DNA of 64,000 nt. It comes from Piromyces finnis finn (Eukaryota > Fungi > Neocallimastigomycota). Both the position numbers and the translations under genes were made by a program. The notes beneath the pieces were generated by a model that was not told where the DNA came from, ran no database searches, and was given only the letters and a program-made list of their open reading frames with translations. This document shows positions 12,293 to 27,235 of this stretch, one piece after another. Within the stretch, counting starts at the first letter, position 1. Each line of letters opens with the position of its first letter. The stretch covers positions 434,001 through 498,000 of the forward strand of contig MCFH01000034.1 in assembly GCA_002104945.1 (NCBI GenBank), given 5' to 3'.

Positions 12293-15222
12293 AAATTTTA
12301 TTTTTACTTCAATCAATTTAAAAATTAATGTACAATAAATAATATCTACATATATAGCATAGATCTTTTTTTTTTTTACTAAGCGCTTTTACTTTATATT
12401 TTTCAATCAATTCATAAAACTCTAATTATTTTAAACTTGATAAGTATTTAATAATAAATAAATCCTTTTAATTAACTAATAAAACTTTAAAAGTAATTTA
12501 CATTTTTCTATTTTGAATTTTAAAATATAAAAATTTTAATTCTCTTTTTTTAATAAACATAAAATCAATATATGCAACTTCACGCAGTGTAACAACTTTT
12601 TCTTTGCACGTTTTTTTTTTTTTTTTTTTTTGGTAACATTCACCTTAAATCAATTTAATTTAAAGAAAAAAAGTTTAATAATTATAAAAATCAAAACTGA
12701 ATTTAAATTAATATAAAATTTAACTGCCCATTTTATAAAATAAATTTTTAAAGTTAATCTTTTTATTATTATTAATGTTAAGATGATTATTTTTTTAAAA
12801 AAAAAGTTTAGTCAAGCATTAAATTTATATAAATAAAAAAAGTGAAACTGAATTCTTATAATACCTTAAAAAAAGAGAAACTTTTTTTTTTTATTTCTAT
12901 TAATAATAAAGAGTTTCAACTTTTTAAATATAAAATTTCATGTGAAAATAAAAAATAAATTGGCCATTTAATTTATTTCATTTATAAATAAATCTATTTC
13001 TATATTAAAATTATATATAATACAATATAGTCTAATATATATTTTTACTTAATAATTAAAATTTGAAACGGATTAAATAAAATTTAATAAATGGGAATAA
13101 TTATTAAAAAGTGGTGCCATAACACAATTTTTTTGAAATACTTTTAAGAAATAGATAAAAGAGTAAAAGGAAAGAAGAATAAAAAAAGGAAAAAGGAAAA
13201 AGTCATAGTATGGTTTTATTATGGTTATTCCAACAATAATTAATAGTGTTTTAGTTCATAATAAAATAAAAAAATATATTTCATATGTCATAACATAAAA
13301 GTATCATGAAACTAATAAATAATTAATTAAAACTTTTAAATGATTTAATTATTTAAAAAATGATATAATTTTTTATATTAAATCTAGGATTATATTAATA
13401 TAAAAAAATTAGGGGGTAAAAAAAAAGCATAAAAATCAGAAATAGGATTTAGTATAAAAGAACCACAAAATAACCAAAAATTAAAAAAAAATTAGTCCTA
13501 TAATAAAAAAAAAAAAAGAAAAGAATAATAACAAAGAATAAAAATCCCAAACTTAAATATCTTTGGTTGGTACTTAGAGATTATAGATTTTTATCAGGTA
13601 ATTTAATTAAACTTTTACTAGGCAATCATGCTCTATTTTTCATTTTATAAGCATGAATTACTAATCATAATAAAAATATGAAATCTATATATTTTAAATG
13701 ATATTATAAATAAAACATGAATTTATTACATACATTCATGGTGGAGCAAAAATATAAATATAGTATTTAATAGCTGGAGAAAAAAAAAGTTAACAATAAT
13801 GGTCTTGTTTCAGTAATGATTTATTAATCTTAAAAATTTCTGCAATATCAAAAATTCTTTTATAAAAAAAAAACTTTTAAATTATATCATTATATCATAA
13901 CAATATATTATTGAATATATATTGTATAATATAATTCATATAATATTTATCATCGAATTTACTAAAGAAAATTTAAAGTTTCGGTTCTATAAAATCAATA
14001 ATGATGCATATATTAAATAAAAAGTTTAAAATTAAAGTTTTTCAAATTTTTAAATAATATAGTATATTATAATATAATTGATATTATAAAAATTTATACA
14101 CTAACAATATTAAATATTATAATATTAATTATATTAATTATTCCATCACAAATAAATCATTATAATAATTAAATAAATATAATAAATTAAAATTATTATA
14201 TGATAAAGTGTATTTACAATATAATTATTGAATAATATAATTATTGAATTGTTTATAGTTATAATTTCAATATACTATTATAATATATTAGAATACACAG
14301 TACACAAAAAAAAGTATGAAAAAAAAAAAAAAAAAAAAAAAAAGGAAAAGAAAAAATCAAGATTAATTTTTTTTTTTTTTAATGATAGATGATATATTCA
14401 TATATATAATAAAAATTTTTAATATTTAAAAGAGGGGAAAAAATTTTTTTTTGTGGGTTCTTTTTCTTCCATCATAAAACAAATTATAATTAATAATATT
14501 AAAAACTAATCTATTATTTTTTTTAATATTATCATCTTTTATAAAATATTATAATTACATATAATATTTTTTTATCTTCTCATTTTAGAAAAATTATTCT
14601 TTGTTTTATTAAAAAAAAAAAACTCCAAAATAAAAGGAGAAAGGATTCAATGTTTTTAATGCTTAAAGCAAAAAAGTTACCATTTTAAAATTGAATATTT
14701 GCAATATCATATTTAAGAATATATAAATATTTGCTTACACACAAAATTAAAATAATATTTATATATAAATTTTCAAATTTAAAAAAGAAGTCAATCTTTT
14801 TTTTTTAAATCTTAACAATTATTTATTGATATATAAACAAAAACTTTATTCAAATATAAAAGTTAAAAGAAGAAAAAAAAAGTAATTGTATTCTTTTTTA
14901 AAAAAAAAATATTTATTAAAATAATATCAATAACAATATTTATTTATATCATCGCTTCCAGCAATATTATAATTAATTAATACAATATTTTAATTATATC
15001 AATAACACCGATATAAATATCAAACATATGCTATCATTTATTTAAAAAAAAATAACTATATTATTTTTTCATTACGCGATATTTATACATTATTATAAAA
15101 GCACTATCTCAACTAAATTAAGAAATATAAATAAAAAAAAAATAACATATCACATAAATATATAAAGTGCCTATTGCTATTTACTATTTAAAAATAATAT
15201 ATACAATTTTGATATATTAACA

Positions 15223-17300
15223 ATGAACTCATCAGATAAATTAAATAGAAACGTCATAGAAATGGATGATGAAATCGAAATAACAGAAATTAAACCAAAT
15301 ACTAGTTCTTTAAGTATTGAAAAAAGAAAAAAATCTGAATTCGAATCAAGTAATGTTAGTATTGATATACCAAATATTGATGAAAATAAGTCTATCGAAA
15401 AGGAAGTTGAAAGCAGTAATGCTTCATTAAATAATAATAATAGAAATCCAATTATTCAAAAAGTTATCAACTTTTTTAACCGTTTAGAAAAAGTTTACTG
15501 TCCAGATGAAGCTTTAGAAAATTTGAAAAATTATAAGTATAATGCTGTTGATAAATCATATGTATCAAAATATATATTAAAACCATACTGGGAATTCTGT
15601 ACAAAACTTTTCCCATTATCTATGGCGTATGTTTTTTTTTCCCATAATTATTCATTCAATATAATATTATAATATTTAATAAAATAATAATTAATAGCTA
15701 TTCTTATTAATTCTTATTAAAAATATATAATTATAATATTTTATCAAAATTATACAGTCCAAATTTAATTACCTTGACCGGATTTGGTTTTATGTTAATA
15801 AATTTAATTTTAGCTATCATACTTGTTCCAGATTTAGAAGGACCAACTTATCGTTGGTTTTATATTAGGTTTGTATGACTTGAAATATATTATGTAAATA
15901 GAGAGATTCGTTTTCTTTTTTTTTTTTAAAAAAAAAAAAGTATACTAATAATAATTATATCTAATATCATATCGGATGTATAGTTGTTCTCTTGGTTTAT
16001 GGTTATATTCTACATTTGATAATGTTGATGGAAAACAAGCTAGAAGAACAAAACAAAGTTCACCACTCGGAGAACTTTTTGATCATGGATGTGATTCTTT
16101 AAATTGTGCAGTTGGTAGTGTTGTTGAAGCTGCTGCTCTTGGTTTAGGACAAACTTACTATACTTATATCTTTTCAATGATTAGTAAATATTTTATCCTT
16201 TAATCTATTCCAATAGAAATCATTATTAAAAAAAAAAAATACTGTTATTATTAAACATTTTTATTTATTAATATTTCATATTTTGTTTTATTTGTAGCTA
16301 TATTTACTTTCTTTTATTCAACATGGGAAAACTTTTACACTGGTAGACTTTACCTTGGTTATGTTAATGGACCAACCGAAGGTTTAATTCTTGGTACAGT
16401 CATTATGTTTTTAAGTGGAGTTTTTGGTCCAGAAATGTGGTGGAAACCATTATCACATTACTTGGGATCATGGGTTGAAGTTATTGTTACTGAAAAGTGT
16501 AAACTCATTGATTGTTTATTAGTATTTATGATTATCTTTTCCTTTGTTTCTCAAATTCCAATTACGTAAATATTTAAAATCATTATATTAAAAAAAAAAA
16601 AATAATGTATTTTTAAATAATTCAATTAATGTATTATCATCATTCCTAATGGTATAACTTTTATACATAAAAAAATTAATAGGTTCTTCTCTGTATATAA
16701 AGCATGTAAAAAGAATGGTGAAAAATTCACAAATGCTCTTACGAGTACACTTCCATTTTTAATTTTTGCTGCTTCTACTTACTTATGGGTTAGTTCACCA
16801 AATTCAACTGTTTTAACAGATCATCAAATTCTCTTTACTTTAACCTATGGTATAGTGTTTGGTCGTATAGCAACAGATATTATTCTTGCACATGTATCTG
16901 GTAGATCCTATCCAAAATTCACCTTTTTAATTCTTCCAATAATTATTGGTGCAATTTTAGTTAATATTCCATCTTTATTCCATTGGTAAGTATTTTCGAT
17001 ATTATAATAGAATAGAATAATTATAATAGAATAATAGTTACTATAATAGATAGCATGAATTAAAATATATATATATATTTAAATTTAACTAATTTTAAAA
17101 ATATTTATTTCTCTTTATGAATATGAATGAATTTAAACAGTGGTGTTATTTTAAATTCTACTGGTGAATTAATATTTTTATGGGTTGTCTTTGGTATATG
17201 TTGTGTCTTTTATTTCCATTGGGCTTTATCAATTATTAGACGATTCTGTAAATTCTTGGATATCAATTGTTTAACTATTAAACATAGAGTAGTATTTTAA
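15223..17300 (+). CDS. EPT1: Choline/ethanolamine phosphotransferase (CDP-alcohol phosphatidyltransferase)
   Basis: NYKYNAVDKSYVSKYILKPYW, APNLITL, the signature DNVDGKQARRTKQSSPLGELFDHGCD, and TWENFYTGRLYLGYVNGPTEG; spliced in frame to TAA at 17298-17300. EPT1 versus CPT1 cannot be resolved from sequence. Confidence 0.9.
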
Positions 17301-18397
17301 AAAAAAAAAATTAAAAAAAAAACCCCATTTTAAAATTACAATTAACGGGAAAAGAATAATAATGGTAAAAAAAAAAAAAAAAAAAAACAAAAAAAAAAAA
17401 CAATAACAATGCAATTCAATATATAAGATAAAAAAAAAAAAAAAAAAGATATATTTTAAAATATTATAAAACAATATTCTTAATTTAAGTTAACAAAATT
17501 CAATTCTTTTTTTTTTACTATTTATGTATTTCATTAAAAATTATTTTTATTTAAAAATTCAAAAGATAAAAAAGTTTTTTTTTTTTTTTTGAAATTCCTT
17601 TTTTTTTTTTTTTTTTTTTTTTTATATTTATATTACTTTAAATAGGAATAAAAAGAAAAGGGATGGAAAAAAAAAAAAAAAGTCGCATTTTTGTTTTTCA
17701 CACACACAACATTTTTTATTTATTTTTTTTTTTTTAAAAAAAATTTTATTAATTTATTATAAAATTTTAAAAAAAAAAAAAAATATCAAACTATTTTAGC
17801 ATGCGTAAAAAAAAATAAAAATAAAAATAAAAACCTTTAAAAAAGGTAAAAAAAAAAAAAATTTAAAATAAAAAAAAGAGTAATTTTGCAAATAAAAAAC
17901 GAAAAAAAAAAAATTTTTTTTTTATATTTTATGGTGGTACAAAAAGTAATTTTAAAGTCGTACAAATTTTTAATTTAAAAAAAGAAAAATTTTTTAAAGG
18001 GAAAAAGAAATTTTATTTTTTTTTTTTTTACTTTATTTTTTGATGGATTGCTTTAATTAGAGTATGGTTCTTAAATTTAATCTTTTTTTTTTTATTATTT
18101 TTTTCATTATTTTTTATTTATAGATTTTTTACATAATTTGCAATCTATTTAAATGTTTTGATATTTTTTTATTAAAATAGTAATCCTTTTGAGTTTTCAG
18201 ATAAAAAAAGATATTTTATTTTGTTTTTGTTTTTTGTTTTTTATTTTGTTTCTGTTTGCACATTGTTCAATATGAAATAGAATAAATTTAAAATTGAAAT
18301 GAGTATTAATATTTTTAGAGAGGAAAAATGAATTGATTTTATCAAAATAAAAAAAAAGAGAGATGAATTTATTCCTAAAAATATTATCTATAATGAA

Positions 18398-18429
<32 letters not shown>

Positions 18430-20037
18430 CTATAATACAGAGGTAGCATTTTTAACAAATGAGATAAAGCTAAATTTTATATATAAATGGTTAGATAATA
18501 AAATTTTATTAATTTTTCAACAATAAAAAAAAATAAATAAATAAAATTATTTTTTTCCCTTTCTTTCTTACCTTTTGGTATTATGAATTGAAGTTCCTCC
18601 AATAATGATTCTAACATTCGGTATTTCTTCATTTAATTTTGCTATATCTCTAGCTTCTCCATAGGTTGCACCACCTATAATAAAAACAACAATATCTTGT
18701 GGTCTGTCTCTTATAGAACCTTCAATATATGGATAGAATTGATCCTTTAATTTTCCTTTAAGTAAGGATTGTATAATATCTGCAACTTTTGAAGTATATT
18801 GAGTATAAACATTTTCAACACCCTAAGAAATATAGATGATGTTTATTGTTGTTGATGATTAGAATAGTAATATATAAAAATTAAAATAATAAATAGAAAA
18901 GTATTAAAACTCTCACAAACTTATTAAAAGATAAAAAATATAGCAAAAAAAAATTACCTTTAATCCTTTAAATACATTCTTTCCTTTATCAAAAATAGTA
19001 CTTGTAGTAGTTTCTTCATTTTGTCTTTCATTTAATTCAGCATATTTTATTAATTGTTCGATTGTCTATAATAATTAAATATATATATATATATATATTT
19101 AAACAATTTAAATTAGGAATTATTTGTATTATTTATGAAATAATCAATAATCAAAGTATATATTCATATATTCATTTATGATGAATTCAACTTTAATATG
19201 TCATTATTTATTAAATTCTTACTCGAGTCTGTTCTTCTGAAATACCATTTTGAAGTAAAAGTTGAACTAACTCTTTAACTTCATTAATGTTTTGTCTTCC
19301 ATAACGAATGGTATATAATAAAACTAATTTTATTTTACTTTCGTTTGTTATATTACTTCTTTTTATTAAATTTTGTACCTCCTATATATTAAAATTTCAA
19401 AAAAAAAAAAAAAAAAAAGGAAATGATTTAATTTTATATATATATACAAAATAGATTGAAAGTTTAGAATAAAAAAATTTTTTTTTTCAAAATTAAATTA
19501 TATGCTATATATATATATATATGTATGTGTGCGAATAGGGTTATAATCCAATAGACACAGTATAAATGATCTATTTAATAATGTTTATTATTATAGTGTT
19601 GGTTACCTTTAAATCATTATTATTATTAACACAGGCAAGATTTTGTTCAAGTTCACTTACTTCTAATAACGAATTTTGTGATACAAGTCTACTAAGTTCT
19701 GATACTAATGTAACATGCTTACTAACATTTCCAGAAAGTCTTTTAAATTCTGGATATTCTTCAACAAACTTTTTCATATCAGATATAGATTCAATATTAT
19801 CACTGTTATGATGTCTATTCTGGAATTCATTAACATAATTTTTAATATTGACACCTAAATCTCCAAAATTCAAATACATATTGTTTTTGAAAAATACATC
19901 TTGATCTGCAGATAATACAATTTCCTATATAAAAAATCGCGATTCATCAAATCAAATCAAATATGTATAACAGAGCGATGGTACAAATAATACAAATAAT
20001 TTAATAATATTGAAAAATATATGTTAATTAATCAATA

Positions 20038-20070
<33 letters not shown>

Positions 20071-21758
20071 GTGTATTTATTAAAGTATGGAAAGAATATA
20101 TATATAAAAAAATAAATAAAAATTACTTTTAAATCTGGTTTTATATCTGAAATTTTTGATAAATCAACACGACCATTGTTTATACCAATTAATTCATGAA
20201 CCATAGCTTGATAGGTCCATTGGTTTAATAATGGACTCACAGGATCATTCTTTCTATCTAGAATTAATAAAATTGGTGGTGTATCATATCTTCTAAAATC
20301 AAATAATTGAGATTCTTGTTGTATTTGATACTTTTTTTTTTTAATTATCATTATTATTGTGGTTGTGGTTGTGGTTGTGGTTGTGATTATTTTCATATTT
20401 TTGTAATATTATAAAAAAAAATTTTTTTTTTAATTATTTCCATTGTTTCGTTTATTATATTAAACTATCGAATTAAATAATAATTATAGAGCTTACATTA
20501 ATTTCTGATGCTAATCTTTTTCCTAATGCTGAATTTTTTTCATATCTAATCATTGGTCTTTTTTTTAAGGCTAATAATACAGCTCTTAATCCTTCGACGG
20601 TTCGTTTAAATGTTTCATTATTCCATGTACTTAAAGAATCACCAAATATTTGATAATTTTGTAAATTTAATGAATAAAAATTTGAATTGATAGCACAAAA
20701 ATCACCGTAAAATTCCTAATATAAATAAAAATATAGGTATGTGGGTGGATGTGTTGTTTATTATATGTAAATAATAATCCAAAAAAAAAAAAAAAAAAAA
20801 AAAAAATTTTCCAATAATAATATTATTTATCATAATATAATTATATATAAATATTTAGGAATGTTATTAGAAATTAGTATATTTGTTTAATATGTTATTA
20901 AATTTGTAAAAATTAATAATACCTGTAATTCACGGACTGTTTCTTGTTGGTCCGCTTCGGCCATTCTTTCAATTTGGGATTTGGTTAAAATATTCGAGAA
21001 ATCTTTTAAAAAATTAAATTTCGAAAAAAAAATAAAAGAAAAAAAAACGTATAATATATATATAATAATATATAATAGTAATGGTAATAAACTATTAGGC
21101 TTGGTGATATAACTATATAATTGTTTTGTGATTCAAATTCCCAAATATAATTTTTTAAATATATATTAATTTTGAAATGTAAATTAAAATATTATGTACA
21201 TTACATAAATAATATGAGCCGTAACATGGATTTCTAAGTTCATCAATCATTAATTGAACGGACTTTGAGGAAGGTCTTAAAAAGCAAATACATTTTAAAT
21301 GTTTCATTTTTTCTCTTGAAGTATTCTCAATCTTGTCTATTAAAAAAACTTCTTTACTTAATAAAGTGGATTGAGTTGCAATTAATGATATATATTGAGT
21401 CTTTTTTTTTTTTTTAATATATATTTAAGTAAATTGAAAATGTAAATTGTTATTTGTTTAATATATTCCCACATATTTATATATTTATGAAATATAGGTT
21501 TAAAAAGGTAATTTTAAAAAAAAAATTGTTTATTATATTCAATGGAGAGAAAATTAAAATTAATATTTACTTTACATAAAAATAATATAAAATAAAGATA
21601 AAATAGCAAAAAGTAGTAGTTTAATGTTTCTTTTTATTTATTTATTTATTTAAAATTATTTTTTATACCGTATTATCATCAAGAAGTAATATTTTCATGC
21701 CTGGTGTATTATTTATCATTTTTTGAACATACGTCTGCAAAATTTTTACTATATCCAT
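18430..21758 (-). CDS. VPS45: Sec1/Munc18-family vacuolar protein sorting protein Vps45
   Basis: [103 protein letters not shown]. All introns are GT-AG; stop TAG at 18430-18432. Confidence 0.93.
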
Positions 21759-22016
21759 TTCGACTTTTTTTTTTTAAAAAAAATAAATTATATTATGTGT
21801 TTAAATATTGTTTTTTTTATTTATATATGTCTTTTTTTTATTTTTATTCTTCTTTTTGTATATATATCAAAATAATTATATTATATATTCCCTTGTTAAA
21901 AAAAAGGCAATGTTTTTTTTTTATTTTTTTAAAAAAAAATATTATTTTTACTGTATAAAAAAAAATAATAAAAAAAGTTTAATTATATTTAATTTCATTT
22001 TTTAAATCGAAAATCT

Positions 22017-22042
22017 ATTTATTTATTTATTCATTCATTCAT

Positions 22043-22086
<44 letters not shown>

Positions 22087-22089
22087 TAT

Positions 22090-22145
<56 letters not shown>
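22017..22145. repeat. (TTTA)n microsatellite
   Basis: Visible imperfect tetranucleotide run upstream of VPS45. Confidence 0.9.
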
Positions 22146-23859
22146 TATTTATTAATTTAAATGAAATAAAATATTTAAATGAAATAAATAAATAAATATC
22201 TTAAGGGTTAATAAAATATATAAAAAAAAAAAGGTCTAAACCTTTTTGAAGCTTGTTTTTATAATTAAATTCATTATGTATGAGCATTCAAATAAAAATC
22301 CTGGTTTCTCAAAAACAATTAAATAAATATATAATAATTAATCAAAAGTTGATAGTCTATTAATATTTTCTTTTTAATTAGCCGCCCTAAATTTTTTTGT
22401 GATAGTCAATCAAAAGTTTATGTGACAAGCATTTCTTTATCATACACATTTTAATACTTTTATAATCTTAATAAAGTATCTATAAATATTATAATAATTA
22501 GAATATTTTGGAATTTTAAAAAAAAAATTGAAAATAATAGCAATTTATTAAGATATAACCAATTCAAATCAAACATAAATATATATATATTATAAATTTA
22601 TAAAAAAGAGAATTTATATGTATATTATTAACGTAATATAAAAGAAGTAATTTTTAATTCATTTTTATACAACAACCATAAAAAAAATAACAAAATATAT
22701 ATTTATAATTAATATTTATTAGGAATAGAAATGAAATTATAAAAAAATATATATCTATTTAATATTTAATAATGAATTTCATTTTATCTTTTAGGTTAAT
22801 TGATATTTTTAATTATTATTTTTTTTTTGAAATTTTAAAATTTAATATGAAATAAATTAAAAAAGAAAAGAAAAAAAAAAAGCATTAAGTAAATGATGTA
22901 TTCTTACATTGTTATATGTAATGTATTAAAGATGTGATAGTTATATTCTTTTCATTATATTTAATCTTTACAAGAGTTAAAGTTTTAAAAAGATGACTTT
23001 AATTAAAATATTTAATTTTTAAAAGATTTTAATTTAAAAATGTTTAGATTATATAAAAAAGTTTTTAATTAAAGAAAATGTTTTTTTTTTTTTAATATAT
23101 TTAAAATAGGTGTTATCAAGCAAATATGTAATTTAAATTAATAAAAAGTTAAAAAAAATGAAAATGAAATATAATTTAAATAATAACTACATTTATTGTT
23201 ATTTTTTATAAAAACAATTTCATTTATAATCTTTTTTTTTTTTTATTTATATGTTAATTCAAAAATTTATATGATTTGAAAAGTATAAAATGTTGTAATT
23301 CCTGAGGTTTACTTTATTTTTTAATTAAAAAACAAATAACTCATTAACATAATTTCAAAAAAAAATTATATTTGTGATATATATAACTCTTTAAATTAAA
23401 AAAAAAAATATCTGTTATAATGAAACTTTTTTGCTTATTATTAAGTTATAGTTTATTAATTTTACCTATAAAAACCAATTATATATATAAATAGAATTTC
23501 GAATAAAAAAGAAATTAAAGTAGTTAAGCAAAATGAGTTATTAAACCTTTAAAAAGTATTAATATTATATAAAATAAAAGTTTTATTTAAAAAAGTATTA
23601 ATTTACATTGTTGTTTGTTATTTATTAATCTTAATGTACTGTTTATTATTTCAATTAAATATGTTTAAATTAATACTTAAAATTATATAAAATAATAATA
23701 ATAAAAGCATCTATAATTATAAATAGTTTAATAATCTTGCTAAATTAAAAATAATCTATTTTTAAACATATAAAACCTTTATATTGTTTATTTCATACTA
23801 ATTTAATTGATTTTAAATTTAATCATAATAACCTTAAAACTAAAAATAAAGTATTTTTT

Positions 23860-23994
23860 TTTTTTATATTAATATTATTATATTTATATTATTTTAAAGT
23901 TTTATTTTTTATATTAATATTATTATATTTATATTATTTTAAAGTTTTATTTTTTATATTAATATTATTATATTTATATTATTTTAAAGTTTTG
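23860..23994. repeat. 45-bp AT-rich unit, three tandem copies
   Basis: ATATTAATATTATTATATTTATATTATTTTAAAGTTTT recurs at 23866, 23911 and 23956. Confidence 0.9.
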
Positions 23995-24361
23995 TTTTTT
24001 TAATAAAACCATTTATACAATTTCCAAACTTATGGTATATCAGTAATTTAAAGAATAACAAAGTTTAAAACTAAAAAGATAAAAATAAACATACCTAAAT
24101 ATTTTTTTTAAAAAAAAAACTAAAAATATATATTTTATTATTAAAAAAAAATTTTTTTTATATAATGAATTATCCTAACTCCGAATTTATTTTTAATATA
24201 AATTGCTTAGCTTTTGACTGAAAAAAATATTTTTATCATCAACAATTTACTAATAATCAATAATAATAAAAACAAATAATAAAAAAATAATAAATAATAA
24301 CAGTAAAAATAAAAATTTCTGAAAATAAAAAATAAAAAAGGATGGAAAAAAAAGAAATTAA

Positions 24362-24473
24362 AAAACGTAATAGATCACGCAACCACCTATACCATTAATA
24401 GCAGTTTAATTAAAAAAAACTGTTTTTATATTAATGTTATAGGTCCGGTTTGTGGATTGATCTATTTCGTTTT
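24362..24473 (+). other. About 110-nt imperfect inverted repeat (long bulged hairpin)
   Basis: Pairings AAAACG/CGTTTT, AATAGATCA/TGATCTATT, ACCTATA/TATAGGT, CATTAATA/TATTAATG and CAGTT/AACTG are nested symmetrically. Confidence 0.75.
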
Positions 24474-24540
24474 ATTTTTTTTTCTTTCTTCTTCTTCCAA
24501 TATAAAAATAAAGTATCAAAAGTTGGAAATTAAAGAATAC

Positions 24541-24580
<40 letters not shown>

Positions 24581-24932
24581 ATATTTATTAGATGTAATAT
24601 TTATATCTAATAAGTGTTAAATGTATATTAAATATAAAATATTTCAAATAAAAATGTGAATTTTTATAAAAAAAATAAAGTCTTTGAGTAAAAAATATTA
24701 TTAAAGTTGTATAGTGTTAATGGTAACCTTATCTTTTAATAATTATAAAAGAATGTGGAATCATTTATATAAATACATAATTAAAAATTTGTAAAGCGGG
24801 GTTTTCCCCATTTTGATATTAAATTGTCATTTAAATTATTTTGAAAAAACGAAAGATGGAATGTAAGGAATATGGAGGTTTTGAAGGATTATTAGTTTAT
24901 TTATTTATCAATTTACTTATTTATTTATTTAT

Positions 24933-25180
<248 letters not shown>

Positions 25181-26566
25181 TTTGGTAAAATAAATGAATC
25201 CAAAAGACCTTTTTTATAATTTTAATTAATGAAAGATTTAAGGAATTTAAACTATTATTTTTTACCTACAGTACTTTAAAAAAATTTTAATATGAAAATA
25301 GGAAATGCCGTTATTTATAATAGTATTTAAAAGATTTGTAATAAATAATAAGATAAAAAATATTTTTTATGGAATTAAAACAAATTCTGTTTCTTTCTAT
25401 TATCTTTTAGTATGATTATTGTCATTTTTAACAAAAAAACAATTAAAAAAAAAAAAAACAATTTATTTTGAAGAAATGGGGTAAATGATTTTCAATTTTT
25501 TTATTCTTTTAAAAATAAATATATTGAAAAAGTAATATATAAAGAATGAAAAATAAAAATATTTAAAACCTTTGTTCTTTGTAAAAAAAAAAAAATTACT
25601 AAATTTCTTTTTTCTAATTTATTTAGTATATATATATAATTCTTTTAAAATTGTTTCAAGAAAAAAAAAAGTTTAAAAAAAAAAAAAACATTATAAAAAT
25701 AATGTAATTTTTATAGTCATTGTCTTTTTTTAAAAAAAAAAACAATTAAATTAGTTTATTCCATGTTCCTTTTTTTTTACAATATTTTTTTAAAAAAAAA
25801 AAAAAAAAAAGATTTTTAGTTTATTCTTTCATTATTTTATTTTTATTTTTATTTTAGAAAGACAAAAAAAAAATATAGGGTTAATTTTAATAATTCCTCC
25901 TTTAGAGAATGTTTGCAGATGATGCATTCTTTTACACCATTTAATATCAAACTAGAAAAGTAAAAAAAAAAAAGTTATTATGATTTATATTTATCTAAAA
26001 TTTCCATTATTTTAAAATAATAAATAAATAATAAATAAAAAAAAAGATTTCTGTCCTAAATAATTTTTCAATAACAAATAATTAATATATTATATGTTTT
26101 TAAATATAATAAAAGCACTTTTTTTAAATAATCAAATTTTTAATTAATGAAATAAAACTATTTTTTATTGGTATTTGAAACAATAAAATAGAAAAAAAGA
26201 AAAGCTTCATCATTAAAATTTAACTTTTTTTTTTTTTTTTTTCCCAAGTATTCAAATATTCTAATATTATTTAAAATAATTATACAACGTGCGTATAAAT
26301 TTTATAGATATTTCAAAAATTTACTTTTTTTTATAATAGAAATTAGATAACATTATAATTAACAAGGTTTAATTTTTATAGATTAACCCTCTAAATGTAT
26401 ATTTAATAAATTAAATTCTTAAAAAAGTATTTAATAAAAAGTATATTTTTGTTATATTTTACCTTTTATAACATTCAAATATATATATATATATTATTAT
26501 TATTATCAAGTATTAATTATACTTTTTGATGTAAAAAAGTAAAGTTTTAGTTAATTTTTAACAGAG

Positions 26567-26615
26567 TTTGTGGTGTAACACCTTAAAAAAACTTTTAAAA
26601 GTGTTACACCACAAA
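26567..26615. repeat. Perfect 15-bp inverted repeat with a 19-nt spacer
   Basis: TTTGTGGTGTAACAC (26567-26581) and GTGTTACACCACAAA (26601-26615) are exact reverse complements. Confidence 0.9.
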
Positions 26616-27118
26616 AATCGGTTGCTTAGAATCTATTTTACTTTTTTTTATTTAAATCCAGTTCCATTTGATAAATAAAAATTCGAATAGTTAATAAGAA
26701 TGACAATTTAATTCATTATAAAATAACTATATAATTAGGGATTATGATTCTTTTTCAAAAAAGAATTATAAAGATTATAATATATTAAGAAAAGTTTTTA
26801 TGATGATATTTGAACATATCGTTATTTTTAGTTAAAACTAACTACCAAATATTATATTATTATATGTTTATGTTTAATAATAAAAAGAATTTCAGTGATT
26901 AACTATCAAAATTAAAAGGAGAAAACCCTTACTTATTGGGTATATATGAATCCTTTTAAATTTCTACATTGGTATAAATCTTCTTTTTTCTTCTCAAAAA
27001 ATAGCTACTAAGGTCTTTTTTGATAGAATCCTAAATCAAATTAGTGCTACAAAAGTAATTTATGATTTTTGTAGTTTGACTTAATTATTTTAATTATTAT
27101 AAAAGGAATAGTATTACC

Positions 27119-27235
27119 TATCCTAACTAGATATCCTAACTAGCTATCCTAACTAGCTATCCTAACTAGCTATCCTAACTAGCTATCCTAACTAGCTATC
27201 CTAACTAGATATCCTAACTAGCTATCCTAACTAGA
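27119..27235. repeat. 13-bp minisatellite TATCCTAACTAG(C/A), 9 copies
   Basis: Nine contiguous units counted directly; no unique spacers. Confidence 0.95.

Noticed and set aside
27119-27235. CRISPR-like array (also considered for 53693-53838)
   Set aside because: Contiguous short units without unique spacers, no cas genes, eukaryotic context.
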